Positions 1 through 10,066 of a DNA stretch of 55,548 nucleotides are shown piece by piece. Location: UHGV virus genome UHGV-0016284; one strand, written 5' to 3'. A model generated the notes under the pieces. It ran no database searches. It had not been told where the DNA came from and was given only the letters and a program-made list of their open reading frames with translations. Every line of letters begins with the position of its first letter. Within the stretch, counting starts at the first letter, position 1. The translations under genes and the position numbers were made by a program. This DNA is from a virus.

Positions 1-192
1 AAGGTAAAAACATCAGCAGAAAGCGCACAAGATAACACCATAACGAACAACACCTACACCAGCGTTGAAAACAAGGTGGGACAAGGCAGGCCAGTGCCAA
101 TCCTGTTGGGTGAGATGAAAATAGGTTCAAACGTCGGATCGTTAGGCATAGACACAAGCAATAACAAAGACGCCTTAGACGTTGTAAGTTAA
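1..192 (+). CDS. 3' end of upstream tail gene, probably tail assembly protein I-like (partial, start outside window)
   Basis: Open frame from base 1 to TAA at 190-192 (ends ...GEMKIGSNVGSLGIDTSNNKDALDVVS), immediately upstream of the J-like gene as in lambda I-J synteny. Confidence 0.35.
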   Translation, partial: KVKTSAESAQDNTITNNTYTSVENKVGQGRPVPILLGEMKIGSNVGSLGIDTSNNKDALDVVS

Positions 193-205
193 CAGGAGAA
201 AAGCC

Positions 206-3200
206 ATGAGTAGCGGCGGCGGCAAAGCCAAAACACCAACATTATTGAACGATAACCTGTATCATAAACAGTTTTATCGTGTCTTAGATATTCTCAGTGA
301 GGGGCCGATATATGGTCCGGTAAACCAGAAAGCACCACTGAATAACGTGATGCTTAATGACACGCCTGTTACTGACGCAAACGGGAATACATCAATACCG
401 GGGATTAGTATAGCCTGGCGAAACGGCACGGCTGACCAATCGCCGATTAATGGTTTTAATGCCATTGAGTCAACCGTTATTGTCAACGCAAAGGTAACTC
501 ACGACACGCCAATAATCAGGACTGTTTCAGATCCAAACGTTACCCGCGTCAGGTTGAATCTTGGTGTTGACGCTCTCGTTCAGTCAGACGACAAGGGCAA
601 TCAATACAATACATCCGTTATGTTGATGGTTGACGTTAAACCGTCATTATCTTCTACGTGGTCGCTGATTAAAGATATACACATTGGCCCCGGTAAACAA
701 AGCGGTGAATATCTGGAAGCTCACATTATCAAAGCGCCGGATGAAAAACCGTTTGATATTCGCATTCGTCGCATAACAGCAGACAGCAACAGCGATCTAT
801 TGCAGAATGATACGCGGTGGAGTAGTTACAGCGAAATCATAGACGATAATCTGTCTTATCCTCATACCGCTGTAGCTGGCGCTGTGATTGACCATGACCA
901 GTACACTGATACACCTACCCGCACCTATCATCTTCGCGGCCTGATTGTTGACGTGCCTGATAACTACAACACAGAAACGCGCACATATTCGGGCTTATGG
1001 CTTGGTGGATTCAAAAAAGCGTACACCAATAACCCTGCGTGGATTTTCCGGTATCTGGTTAAAAACGAGCGCTTCGGGCTTGCTCGACATGCTGGTTACA
1101 TTGATGTTGATGATGGCGCTTTGTACGTGCTCTCCCAATACTGCGATCAGTTGGTTGATGATGGCTATGGTGGCCTTGAACCTCGCATGACGCTTAACGC
1201 TTACATTACGGAGCAAATGAGCGCCCGCGACCTACTGGATAACATTGCAGGTATGTTCCGTGGTATCGCGTTATGGGACGGGCAACGCCTTACCGTGATG
1301 ATTGATGCGCCACAGGATCCAATTGCCACCATCACAAACGCAAGCGTCGTTGATGGCGCGTTTACTCGCTCAAGTCTTCCGCTTGCAGAGTGTTACAACG
1401 CCGTGATCGTATCATGGACTGACCCGGAAAACGGCTGGGAGCAATCAAAGGAATACGTGGCAGATGATGAACTAATCGCCCGCGATGGTTATAACGAAAC
1501 CACGTTGGAGGCGTTCGGGTGCACGTCACGCGGGCAAGCTCACCGCGCTGGGAAGTGGCTGATAGAAACAGCAAAACGCGAGCCGTCTAAATTCACGTTT
1601 AAAATGGCCCGTGACGCAATTCACTTCACCCCTGGTGATATTATCGAGATACTCGACAATAACCGTGCTGGCGCCCGTCTAGGCGGTCGTATCGTAGCAA
1701 ACAATGGCAGGGTTATCACTGTCGATAAGGTTGATTCTGAATATATCACCCCTGGCGACACCATTAGCCTGCTTGATAGTGACGGCAAATTTAAAAAACA
1801 CCAGATCACCGGAGTTAGCGGAAACAAAATTACCCTTGCATCCGCCCCGGCATGGATTCGTAACGGTACTGTATTTGCTGTATCAACTAACGCAGCAAAA
1901 CCCGTATTGTGTCGAATCACCAGCGTAGCAGAAACAGAAAATAACAGCGTGTACACCATAGAGGCTGCACAGCATGATCCGCACAAACAGGCTGTAGTAG
2001 ATAATGGCGCAATCTTTGAGGTCAACAACGATACGCTTAATCACTTCCGCGTGCCGAACATTGAAAACCTGAAGGTGTTAAACATTGGATCTGAAACAGT
2101 TCAATGCCGCGCAACATGGGAAACACTGACGACAACTCATCGCCTGACCTTTGAAATCCGCGTATACAATTCAGCGGGGGCCGTAGTTAAAAGCTACGAA
2201 ACTACTAATTACAGTTATGATTTTTATGGCATTGATGCGGGAACCTACTCATTAGGCATCCGTGGCAGAAATGACACGGGCATGAAGGGTGCTGAAAGCA
2301 TTGTGGATCTGGTTATTGGCGCACCGGCGGCCCCGGTAGGAGTTAACTGGGTTCCTGGTGTATTTCAGGCTACAGTTTACCCGATCAGCAGAACAACGCT
2401 TACCACTGACACTAGTTATGAGTTTTATTACTCAGGTGAAACACAAATCACCGATCCGGCATCAGTAACCACTAAGGCACAATATACCGGGCGTGGTCAT
2501 CAGTGGACGTTTGGCGGCATGAACACGGGCCACACCTATTACGTTTACGTGCGCACACGCAATGCTTTTGGCGTGTCTGACTTTGTAGAGGCGTCAGGTA
2601 AGCCGACAGAGAATTTTGATGAAATCAGTGACTACGTGATGAAGGATGTCATGGGGTCGGAACAGTTCAAGGAAATGATTGGTGACATCAAAGATCTAGG
2701 CGACCGCACCGATGTTATCGAAGGTGTTGCGGAAGAACTGAAAACAGCTACTGACAACCTCAAAACTACAACTGATAACCTTACGAACGTAACTGACGAT
2801 TTAAGGACTGAAACAGACAACCTTACCAGCATAACCGACGATTTGAGGACCGAAACAGACAACCTTACTAACATAACTGAAGATTTAAGGACTGACACTG
2901 ACAACCTGATCACAGAAACGGGAACAATAAAAGCTGACACCGATACACTTAAAAAAGAAACGGAAGATCTTTACAAAAAAGTTAAGGAAAACGCCGATGA
3001 TATTGGTCAGCATGAGTCCAGGATTGACCTATTAGAAGTGTCCAGCGAAAAAGTTGGCAGCGAACTGGCGCAAGCAAAAGCAAGCCTGCAAAACGCGTCA
3101 TTGGCGCTTATCAACAACTCGCTTGCACAGACAAACACGCGCGTTACCCTTACCGCCCAGTACAAAAAAGGCAGAACGGAAACGAAAGCGGAAATTGACC

Positions 3201-5950
3201 GTATTGACAACGTTATCGCTGAAGAGAAAAAAGCAACGGCTGAATCACTGAAAACCATCACGGCAGAAATGAACACGATGGATTCCAACCTTAAAGGTCA
3301 GATCTCCAGTGTGGAACGCGCAGTGGCTGACGAGGCTAGTGCCCGCGCTGAAGCTATTAACGGTGTGAACGCCTCAATAAGCAATCTCGACAAGAAAACG
3401 GATGCCAGCGTCAATAGGCTTGATCAGGCTATTGCAGATGAAACGAACGCCCGCACACAGGCGGTCAGTGACGTTAACGCAAGTATCTCGGTACTTGATA
3501 AGAAAACTGACGCCAGCGTTAAACGCCTGGATCAGGCAATCGCTGACGAAACCAGCGCAAGAACCGAAGCTATCAGTGGCGTGAACGCATCAATTTCAAC
3601 GCTTGATAGCAAAGTGGAAAGCAATATAACGCGCATAGATAAAGCTATTGCAGATGAAACGCAGGCGCGTACAGACGCAATAAGCGGCGTCAAAGCGAGC
3701 ATTAACACACTTGAAGGCAACACCAATTCAGAAGTTAAACGTCTGGATCAGGCAATCGCTGACGAGGCCAGTGCCCGCACACAGGCGGTCAGTGATGTAA
3801 AAGCATCAGTAAGCAACCTTGAAAGCAAAACTGACGCCAGCGTTAAACGCCTGGATAAAGCTATTGCAGACGAAACAAGCGCACGCAGCGAAGCTATTAG
3901 TGGGGTAAATGCCTCAGTATCAGCGCTCGACAAGAAAACCGATTCAAGCATAAGCCGCCTTGATAAAGCCATTGCGGATGAAACAAGCGCGAGAACCGAA
4001 GCCATCAACGGTGTGAATGCGTCAATTTCCACACTCGACGGCAAGGTTACAAGTAACGTTAGCCGCCTTGATAAAGCGATTGCAGACGAAACTAAGGCAC
4101 GCACTGACGCCATCAGCAGCGTTAATGCAAGTATCAGTACGCTTGAAAGCAACACTGAATCAGAAGTAAGTAGACTCGACCAGGCAATCGCTGACGAGGC
4201 CAGTGCCCGCGCACAGGCCGTTAGCGGCGTGAAGGCATCAATAGACAGCCTTGATAAGAAAACAGATGCCAGCGTTTCCCGCCTTGACAAAGCAATATCA
4301 GACGAAACGAAGGCAAGAAGCGACGCAATAACAGAGGTTAAAGCAGACTTAACAACGCTTGAGAACAGCACAAACGCCAGCGTTAAGCGTCTTGATCAGG
4401 CAATTGCCGATGAATCAAGCGCCCGCGCTCAGGCAATATCAGGCCTCAGCGCAAATCTTGGCACTGTTGAAAATAATGTTGGCAAAAACAGCGACGAAAT
4501 AAATCAGGCAAAAGCAAGCCTGCAAAACGCATCTATTGCACTTATCAATAACTCAATCGCTCAAACCAACACGCGTGTTACTCTTTCAGCCCAATACAAG
4601 AAAGGAATCAGAGAAACCAACGCGAAAATTGACCGTATTGACAACGTTATCGCTGAAGAGAAAAAAGCAACGGCTGAAGCCATTAGCGGTGTAAACGCAT
4701 CGATCACTAATCTTGATAAGAAGACTGAAGCAAGCGTAAACCGTCTTGATCAGGCAATTGCTGACGAAACAAGCGCCAGAGGACAAGCTATCAGCGAAGT
4801 TAGCGCAAGTGTCAGCACGCTTGATAATAAAGTGACAAGCAACGTCACCAGGATGGACAAAGCCATCGCCGACGAAAAAAAAGCACGCGCGGACGCAATA
4901 AGCGGCCTTAGCGCATCGCTTACCAGTACGATCAACTCAAAAGTATCTGAAGTGTCGACGGCGCTCTCTACGCATGAGGAATCAAGCGCGGAAAAATTTA
5001 GCCAGATCTCAGCGTCTTTCGAATCAGTAAACTCAAGTATTACAGAATGGTCGCAGACAATGGCTACGGCAGACGAGGCGTTGTCAACGAAAATTGATCA
5101 GCTAACAGTGACCGTTAACGGGAACAAGACGGCAATAGAGACGACATCTAAAGCGTTAACCGACTTTAGGGGTAATGTTGATGCGACATATTCAATCAAG
5201 CTCGCCACAGATAGCAATGGCGTAAAATACGCTACAGGTATGTCGCTTGGCCTTACTGGTGACGGCACTAACTTTCAGTCGCAGTGTATTTTCCTTGTTG
5301 ATCGCTTTATGTTAATGACGGCGGCAAACGGCGCATATACATCGCCCTTCTATGTCACTAACGGCGCAATGTATGTGAAAGAGGCATTTATTAAGGATGC
5401 ATCAATAGGGACAGCTAAAATTGCAGATGCCTCCATTACTATGGCTAAAATTGTCAATGAAATTAAATCAGCAAACTTCGTCCCCGGTTCCAATGGTTGG
5501 AGGATAACACAAAGCGGCGCATCAGAATTTAACAACGTTGTTGTAAGGGGTGAAATACATGCAGACAGCGGCAAGTTTACCGGTTCACTTGAGGCGAAAA
5601 CCTTTATCGGTGATGTTGCAAACATGTACACAGGTTCTGACGTTAGCACGTTAAGGGATGGTGAACTAGAAAAAGTAATAACATACAATGACACATCTGA
5701 CGCAGCGCATAGCCGACATATCTGCGTTATGGCTAACGTTAAGGGTTTTGGTGGTTGCACAATAACAATTGGCGGTTCATCAAAAGGTTTAGCACTGGAT
5801 GGCACGGAGCGCCTTGTTATGCATTCAGCAGCAGTAACCAGCAGGGGCGTTACAGTTAAAATTAAGGTATCTGCTCAAAATGACAAGGGGGCTTATATAA
5901 ATTCGCCGACAGTCATAGTGTCGCGCGGTTCTGGTTCATTCTCAGGATAA
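206..5950 (+). CDS. J: host-specificity / central tail fibre protein, lambda J-like, with inserted coiled-coil repeat stalk
   Basis: N-terminal ~800 aa align by eye with lambda J (TPTLLNDNLYHKQFYRVLDILSEGPIYGPV; FDIRIRRITADSNSDLLQNDTRWSSYSEIID; YCDQLVDDGYGGLEPRMTLNAY; FGCTSRGQAHRAGKWLIET). C-terminal ~350 aa also J-like. Between them lies a ~650-aa Ala/Asp/Glu-rich repeat region absent from lambda J. Confidence 0.9.
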   Translation: MSSGGGKAKTPTLLNDNLYHKQFYRVLDILSEGPIYGPVNQKAPLNNVMLNDTPVTDANGNTSIPGISIAWRNGTADQSPINGFNAIESTVIVNAKVTHDTPIIRTVSDPNVTRVRLNLGVDALVQSDDKGNQYNTSVMLMVDVKPSLSSTWSLIKDIHIGPGKQSGEYLEAHIIKAPDEKPFDIRIRRITADSNSDLLQNDTRWSSYSEIIDDNLSYPHTAVAGAVIDHDQYTDTPTRTYHLRGLIVDVPDNYNTETRTYSGLWLGGFKKAYTNNPAWIFRYLVKNERFGLARHAGYIDVDDGALYVLSQYCDQLVDDGYGGLEPRMTLNAYITEQMSARDLLDNIAGMFRGIALWDGQRLTVMIDAPQDPIATITNASVVDGAFTRSSLPLAECYNAVIVSWTDPENGWEQSKEYVADDELIARDGYNETTLEAFGCTSRGQAHRAGKWLIETAKREPSKFTFKMARDAIHFTPGDIIEILDNNRAGARLGGRIVANNGRVITVDKVDSEYITPGDTISLLDSDGKFKKHQITGVSGNKITLASAPAWIRNGTVFAVSTNAAKPVLCRITSVAETENNSVYTIEAAQHDPHKQAVVDNGAIFEVNNDTLNHFRVPNIENLKVLNIGSETVQCRATWETLTTTHRLTFEIRVYNSAGAVVKSYETTNYSYDFYGIDAGTYSLGIRGRNDTGMKGAESIVDLVIGAPAAPVGVNWVPGVFQATVYPISRTTLTTDTSYEFYYSGETQITDPASVTTKAQYTGRGHQWTFGGMNTGHTYYVYVRTRNAFGVSDFVEASGKPTENFDEISDYVMKDVMGSEQFKEMIGDIKDLGDRTDVIEGVAEELKTATDNLKTTTDNLTNVTDDLRTETDNLTSITDDLRTETDNLTNITEDLRTDTDNLITETGTIKADTDTLKKETEDLYKKVKENADDIGQHESRIDLLEVSSEKVGSELAQAKASLQNASLALINNSLAQTNTRVTLTAQYKKGRTETKAEIDRIDNVIAEEKKATAESLKTITAEMNTMDSNLKGQISSVERAVADEASARAEAINGVNASISNLDKKTDASVNRLDQAIADETNARTQAVSDVNASISVLDKKTDASVKRLDQAIADETSARTEAISGVNASISTLDSKVESNITRIDKAIADETQARTDAISGVKASINTLEGNTNSEVKRLDQAIADEASARTQAVSDVKASVSNLESKTDASVKRLDKAIADETSARSEAISGVNASVSALDKKTDSSISRLDKAIADETSARTEAINGVNASISTLDGKVTSNVSRLDKAIADETKARTDAISSVNASISTLESNTESEVSRLDQAIADEASARAQAVSGVKASIDSLDKKTDASVSRLDKAISDETKARSDAITEVKADLTTLENSTNASVKRLDQAIADESSARAQAISGLSANLGTVENNVGKNSDEINQAKASLQNASIALINNSIAQTNTRVTLSAQYKKGIRETNAKIDRIDNVIAEEKKATAEAISGVNASITNLDKKTEASVNRLDQAIADETSARGQAISEVSASVSTLDNKVTSNVTRMDKAIADEKKARADAISGLSASLTSTINSKVSEVSTALSTHEESSAEKFSQISASFESVNSSITEWSQTMATADEALSTKIDQLTVTVNGNKTAIETTSKALTDFRGNVDATYSIKLATDSNGVKYATGMSLGLTGDGTNFQSQCIFLVDRFMLMTAANGAYTSPFYVTNGAMYVKEAFIKDASIGTAKIADASITMAKIVNEIKSANFVPGSNGWRITQSGASEFNNVVVRGEIHADSGKFTGSLEAKTFIGDVANMYTGSDVSTLRDGELEKVITYNDTSDAAHSRHICVMANVKGFGGCTITIGGSSKGLALDGTERLVMHSAAVTSRGVTVKIKVSAQNDKGAYINSPTVIVSRGSGSFSG
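2745..2960 (+). repeat. short in-frame tandem repeats (about 30-40 bp units) encoding TDNLxxTTDDLRTETDNLT motifs inside J
   Basis: Repeated peptide TDDLRTETDNLT(S/N)IT and matching DNA units (actgacgatttaaggactgaaacagacaacctta...). The antisense ORF 2632..2940 is a by-product of this periodicity. Confidence 0.6.
3194..3244 (+). repeat. 51-bp perfect direct repeat, copy 1 (within J)
   Basis: attgaccgtattgacaacgttatcgctgaagagaaaaaagcaacggctgaa is identical at 3194-3244 and 4628-4678. An additional 23-bp identity (gcaaaagcaagcctgcaaaacgc) lies about 125 bp upstream of each copy. Confidence 0.85.
3310..4450 (+). repeat. about ten tandem 108-bp (36-aa) coding repeats, predicted coiled-coil stalk of J
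   Basis: Protein repeat KKTDASV(K/N)RLDQAIADETSARTEAISGVNASIS(T/N)LD recurs about 10 times with a 36-residue period. Boundaries approximate. Confidence 0.8.
4628..4678 (+). repeat. 51-bp perfect direct repeat, copy 2 (within J)
   Basis: Identical to 3194-3244. Spacing 1434 bp = 478 codons, so recombination between copies would be in frame. Confidence 0.85.
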
Positions 5951-5952
5951 AC

Positions 5953-5984
5953 AAAAACCCCGCTTCGCGCGGGGTTTTCTTTTA
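5953..5984. terminator. bidirectional rho-independent terminator between J and the antisense lipoprotein gene
   Basis: Hairpin ccccgc-ttcgc-gcgggg followed by ttttctttt on the plus strand and preceded by an A-run (T-run on the minus strand). Confidence 0.7.
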
Positions 5985-6230
5985 GTAGTTAGCTACACAG
6001 TTAGAAGGGCTACCGATGCGGCGCATGTTGTGATCGAGTTCATGACACCATTGACCAGTATAAGGCAGTTTTTCAGTGTCATAGACAAGATGACCTTCAC
6101 CATCATAGACAACATCTTGTGGAATTACTCCGCTATTCGGCAGGTTATGCAATGCGGCCTCTTTGTCAACAGCGCAACCAGTAAGAGCTACAGCCGCAGC
6201 GAACAAAACCACTTTGAACATGTTTTTCAT
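5982..6230 (-). CDS. small lipoprotein (signal peptide plus lipobox LTGC), antisense moron next to J
   Basis: MKNMFKVVLFAAAVALTGC...: hydrophobic signal peptide with L-T-G-C lipobox; 82 aa with two further Cys; AGGA ribosome-binding site 8 nt upstream. Confidence 0.65.
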   Translation of the reverse strand: MKNMFKVVLFAAAVALTGCAVDKEAALHNLPNSGVIPQDVVYDGEGHLVYDTEKLPYTGQWCHELDHNMRRIGSPSNCVANY

Positions 6231-6339
6231 TTTTAATCCTCATTCTCGTTCGTTCATCCGGTTCATCCGGTGGCTTAAATATCAGACAAAAGCACATTTC
6301 GTATATTGATATAAATCAACAAATACATTTTGTGTAAGC

Positions 6340-6373
6340 AGAAAATGCAACACAGATCACAAAATGGTAGAAT
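6340..6373 (+). promoter_or_regulatory. candidate extended -10 promoter for the side tail fibre gene
   Basis: TGgTAGAAT at 6365-6373 (TGn plus near-consensus -10); AT-rich upstream; GGAG ribosome-binding site before the ATG at 6407. Confidence 0.3.
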
Positions 6374-6406
6374 TATTCCGTTAATTAACAAAATGGAGTC
6401 ATCGAG

Positions 6407-9400
6407 ATGATTTACACAACTGGAACAATTGCCATCAATGGCAATACTGTTACAGGCACGGGCACAAACTTCTCCGCGCCGCTTTCTCTCATTCGTGTAG
6501 GCTGCACGCTCATTGCTGTTGGCAATCCGGTACAGATCTTTACCATCACAGAAATTAAAAGCGGCACTGAACTGTCAGTGACGCCAGCGGCTAACCCTGC
6601 AATCCCTGCCGGGACAAAATTCAGCATCCTGCTATCTGACTCGATCTCAGTTGATGGGCTTGCTCAGGACGTAGCTGAAACCCTGCGTTACTACCAGGGC
6701 AAGGAAACAGAGATCGCCGCCGCTGTCGAGTGGTGGGAAGATTTTGGCGGTGATGGTCAGGTGGATCAGCTTCTTGCCAACATTCGCGCAGAAACAGCGA
6801 AATCAACCGCTAACGCTCAAAAAACAGAATCTGACAAAAACGCAGCAGAAGCATCAAAAACAGCGGCTGCAAAATCTGCCACGGCAGCAAAAACATCAGA
6901 AACTAACGCAAAGAAAAGCGAGACAGCAGCAAAGACAAGCGAAACCAACGCCAAAACATCAGAGAACAGGGCGCAAGAATATCTGAATCAAATGGGAAGG
7001 CTTACCAGCCCAATGGTTCAATGCGATTGGCCCGTTACAACTGTTGCGACTGACGCTTACGTTAAGATAGCTAAAATTACCAACCCGGGTGGCACCCCCT
7101 GCCACATAACACTAATGATCACTAATGCCGGTAACTACGGGAAAAGTTACGGAAACATTGATTTTGTCGAGATCTCCGCTCGCAATTTTCCCAATGAACT
7201 GAACGCCGACAATGTATCTAGATACTTAAGTATCCGCCGCTTAGGTTCACCGAATCTGGCAACTGATAATCAGATGAGTTATGGGCTTGTTAAGGGCGAT
7301 AACTTTTTTGAGGTCTGGTGTTGTCAGCGAGCATTTACCACAAGCGCAAAGGTCGCTGTACTGGCACAGACTAATGAAAACGTGGAATTATACATTCCTG
7401 AAGGATTCGTTAGACAAGACAACGCACCATCAGGATTTATTGAAAGCCCAGCAGCAAGGATTTACGACCAGGTAAACAAGCCGACTAAAGCAGATTTAGG
7501 TCTTTCTAATGCTATGCTTACAGGCGCTTTCGGTCTTGGCGGTAGCGGTATACCATCAGACGGCAAGATGAGCGATGTAGAACTATTAAAAGCTCTTCGT
7601 GACAAAGGTGGTCATTTCTGGCGTGCTGATAAGCCAGCCGGAAGCACTGCGACCCATTATACCCACGGCGCTGGTATATTCTCTCGGTGTGGCGATACGT
7701 GGGCGGCGTTCAACGTCGAATACGGAACAGGTAGAGTCAAGGTTTACGCTGGTAACGATAATGGACTTAACCAGGGGAATTACTCCCTCAATGAACTATA
7801 CGGAACCCGAAATAAGCCGTCGAAATCGGATGTTGGACTCAGCAACGTAACTAACGATGCGCAGGTGAAAAAATCCGGCGATATTATGTTTGGCGACCTG
7901 GCGATCAAAAAAAGTATACCGTCAGTCTTTCTGCGGTCAGACGATGGAGCCGCCCATGTATGGTTCCAAAACGGGGATCAGTCCGAACGCGGCGTTATTT
8001 ATGCGCCTACAAATACTGATACGCTTGGCGAAGTTCACATCAGGGCTAAAACCGCAAAAGGTGAGACAAAAGGTGATTTTATTGTTCGCCACGACGGTAT
8101 GATTTCAGCCAAAGAGGCAAAAATAGCTTACAAAATCAGCGGAGCCACCGCAGAGCTTGCAAACGCATCAACTAACGTCGCTGATACTACGTTAAAAATC
8201 AGCGGCCCACAGCATACGCCTTTAGTTTTAACTCGCAGTGGAGCAATTAAAAACTTATCTATTGGGTTTAAGGTTGATGATGTTAACCAAAAATACTTGG
8301 GCGTAGCTGGTGACGGTGATTTGTATTTTGGTGATTCTTCTGACCACTCAAAAAACAGCAAAGTAATTACACAAGCAAAACTCGATAGCGGGGTAACGGT
8401 AGGCGGCAAAACAACCTTTTCCGACCTTGCCACATTTAACGCAGGTATGGCGGGATCTATCGAGCCGGAAGCCATTGACGGCCGGACTATTGATTTAAAC
8501 GACTTGATTATTGCTAATACAGAAGCTGGATCCGTTAAATACTATCAATGCAAAACTGTCGCAGGTGGTGCAAATATTACCAATAAGCCTGACGGCGTAA
8601 ACGGTAACTTTTTACTCCGTGTAGAGTCGACTCGTAAGACTACGGGTTCAGATTATGCAAACTTGCAAACGCTGATTGGCAGCGACACAAAACGCATATA
8701 CGTTCGCTTTGTTGTCAATGGAAGTTGGACAGTGTGGAGTCAGGTTGTTGTTTCAGGATGGAATCAGGATGTAACCGTCAGGTCGTTAGCCACACAAAAT
8801 GTTATTCTTGGTAATGTTACTCTTCGAGGGATAAACAAGGATGAAGGGGCGGGGATAGGTGTTGTTTTTGATGGTTCTAACTCTACCGAAAACACCTTCG
8901 GAATAGTTAATACTGGTGGTGGTTCGGCTGTTTTTCACAATTATGCTAAACCGGCTGATTCATCCGCTGTTAATACTGGCGTTCTGATAGGTGGTTATGG
9001 ATCAAGGCCGTGGACAGGCAGCACCTATACAGAGCACAGTAATGTATCTCAACACTTTCTCATGGATGGTGTAGCTTCTGCAACTAACCACGGTGGTTGG
9101 TTCCGTTTGTTAACCACACCATTAAATGCAACCATAGACAAACGTAGACAGACATTTGCTACGAGCAATAATGGCGACCTTTATATAGGTTACGATGTAC
9201 CTATGGGGCTGTACAAGCTAGATACTGCAAATTACAACGGTTTAGACATATTAAACGGTCGCGGCCTTAAGCAAGTAAATAACTCGGTTAATGAAATAGC
9301 CTTAATCACTCCACGAAATGGATCGGCAACCTCTTTAAATTTCAGAGGTGTTGCTTTTGATGGCACAATGACCGGGACTAAGGGTGCAACTCAGAAGGGC

Positions 9401-10066
9401 GATAACTTGTGGTTATCTTTTGCAGGCCACGATGGTGTAAAATTCACTGGGGCAGCAGCTGGTATCAGAATTCAGGCTTCAACTGGTTGGGGCACGACAT
9501 CAACTCAATGCGGGATAACATTTGCAACAACTGCTCAAGGGAGCACAACAAGAGTTGATAGATGGTCTATAACAAGTGATGGCACTCTATCACCTGCACA
9601 AGATAATACTTACGCAATTGGTAGCGCTGTTTCCCGTGCTACGTCAATCTTTGCTACTAATGGTGCAATACAGACGTCAGATGCAAGAATGAAAACAGAT
9701 GTCCGAAAAATGTCGGACGCGGAACTTTCAGCCGCTAAAGATATAGCCAGGGAGTTTGGCTTCTTCCAGTGGATTGAAAGAGTTAAAACGGAGGGTGAGT
9801 CAGCCAGGTGGCATACAGGTATAACGGCCCAGCGTGTTATTAGCATTATGGAATCACACGGATTAAACCCGATGGCGTATGGATTTGTTTGCTATGATTC
9901 CTGGGAAGAACAGGAGGTTGTATCTGTGGACCCAGATAATCAATCCAGGACTATCACAAAAATAGAAGCGGGGGATAGATATAGCTTAAGATATGAAGAA
10001 CTTAGCATTTTTATAGCCAGAGGGTTAGAACAGAGGATTTCGGAGCTGGAGGAAAAACTTTTGTAA
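6407..10066 (+). CDS. side tail fibre: Stf-like N-terminus, C-terminal S74-type intramolecular chaperone (autoproteolytic) domain
   Basis: N-terminal AAKTSETNAKKSETAAKTSETNAKTSE repeats as in lambda Stf-type fibres; Gly-rich beta region; C-terminus ...TSDARMKTDVRKMSDAELSAAKDIAREFGFFQW... resembles the Ser/Lys self-cleaving chaperone of endosialidase-type fibres. Confidence 0.8.
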   Translation: MIYTTGTIAINGNTVTGTGTNFSAPLSLIRVGCTLIAVGNPVQIFTITEIKSGTELSVTPAANPAIPAGTKFSILLSDSISVDGLAQDVAETLRYYQGKETEIAAAVEWWEDFGGDGQVDQLLANIRAETAKSTANAQKTESDKNAAEASKTAAAKSATAAKTSETNAKKSETAAKTSETNAKTSENRAQEYLNQMGRLTSPMVQCDWPVTTVATDAYVKIAKITNPGGTPCHITLMITNAGNYGKSYGNIDFVEISARNFPNELNADNVSRYLSIRRLGSPNLATDNQMSYGLVKGDNFFEVWCCQRAFTTSAKVAVLAQTNENVELYIPEGFVRQDNAPSGFIESPAARIYDQVNKPTKADLGLSNAMLTGAFGLGGSGIPSDGKMSDVELLKALRDKGGHFWRADKPAGSTATHYTHGAGIFSRCGDTWAAFNVEYGTGRVKVYAGNDNGLNQGNYSLNELYGTRNKPSKSDVGLSNVTNDAQVKKSGDIMFGDLAIKKSIPSVFLRSDDGAAHVWFQNGDQSERGVIYAPTNTDTLGEVHIRAKTAKGETKGDFIVRHDGMISAKEAKIAYKISGATAELANASTNVADTTLKISGPQHTPLVLTRSGAIKNLSIGFKVDDVNQKYLGVAGDGDLYFGDSSDHSKNSKVITQAKLDSGVTVGGKTTFSDLATFNAGMAGSIEPEAIDGRTIDLNDLIIANTEAGSVKYYQCKTVAGGANITNKPDGVNGNFLLRVESTRKTTGSDYANLQTLIGSDTKRIYVRFVVNGSWTVWSQVVVSGWNQDVTVRSLATQNVILGNVTLRGINKDEGAGIGVVFDGSNSTENTFGIVNTGGGSAVFHNYAKPADSSAVNTGVLIGGYGSRPWTGSTYTEHSNVSQHFLMDGVASATNHGGWFRLLTTPLNATIDKRRQTFATSNNGDLYIGYDVPMGLYKLDTANYNGLDILNGRGLKQVNNSVNEIALITPRNGSATSLNFRGVAFDGTMTGTKGATQKGDNLWLSFAGHDGVKFTGAAAGIRIQASTGWGTTSTQCGITFATTAQGSTTRVDRWSITSDGTLSPAQDNTYAIGSAVSRATSIFATNGAIQTSDARMKTDVRKMSDAELSAAKDIAREFGFFQWIERVKTEGESARWHTGITAQRVISIMESHGLNPMAYGFVCYDSWEEQEVVSVDPDNQSRTITKIEAGDRYSLRYEELSIFIARGLEQRISELEEKLL

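Noticed and set aside
3310-4450. Possible CRISPR array or diversity-generating retroelement target
   Set aside because: The repeats are contiguous, in frame and protein-coding with no spacers; no cas genes or reverse transcriptase were recognised anywhere in the window.
2632-4935. Antisense ORFs inside the J repeat region (2632..2940, 3532..3726, 3748..4371, 4750..4935)
   Set aside because: Their low-complexity translations (LSVSVLKSSV..., ALVSSAIA...) mirror the periodic sense-strand repeats; they are frame artefacts of the repeat.
6030-6236. Plus-strand ORF (68 aa) antisense to the lipoprotein gene
   Set aside because: Completely overlaps the better-supported lipoprotein gene, which has a signal peptide, lipobox and ribosome-binding site; no supporting features of its own.
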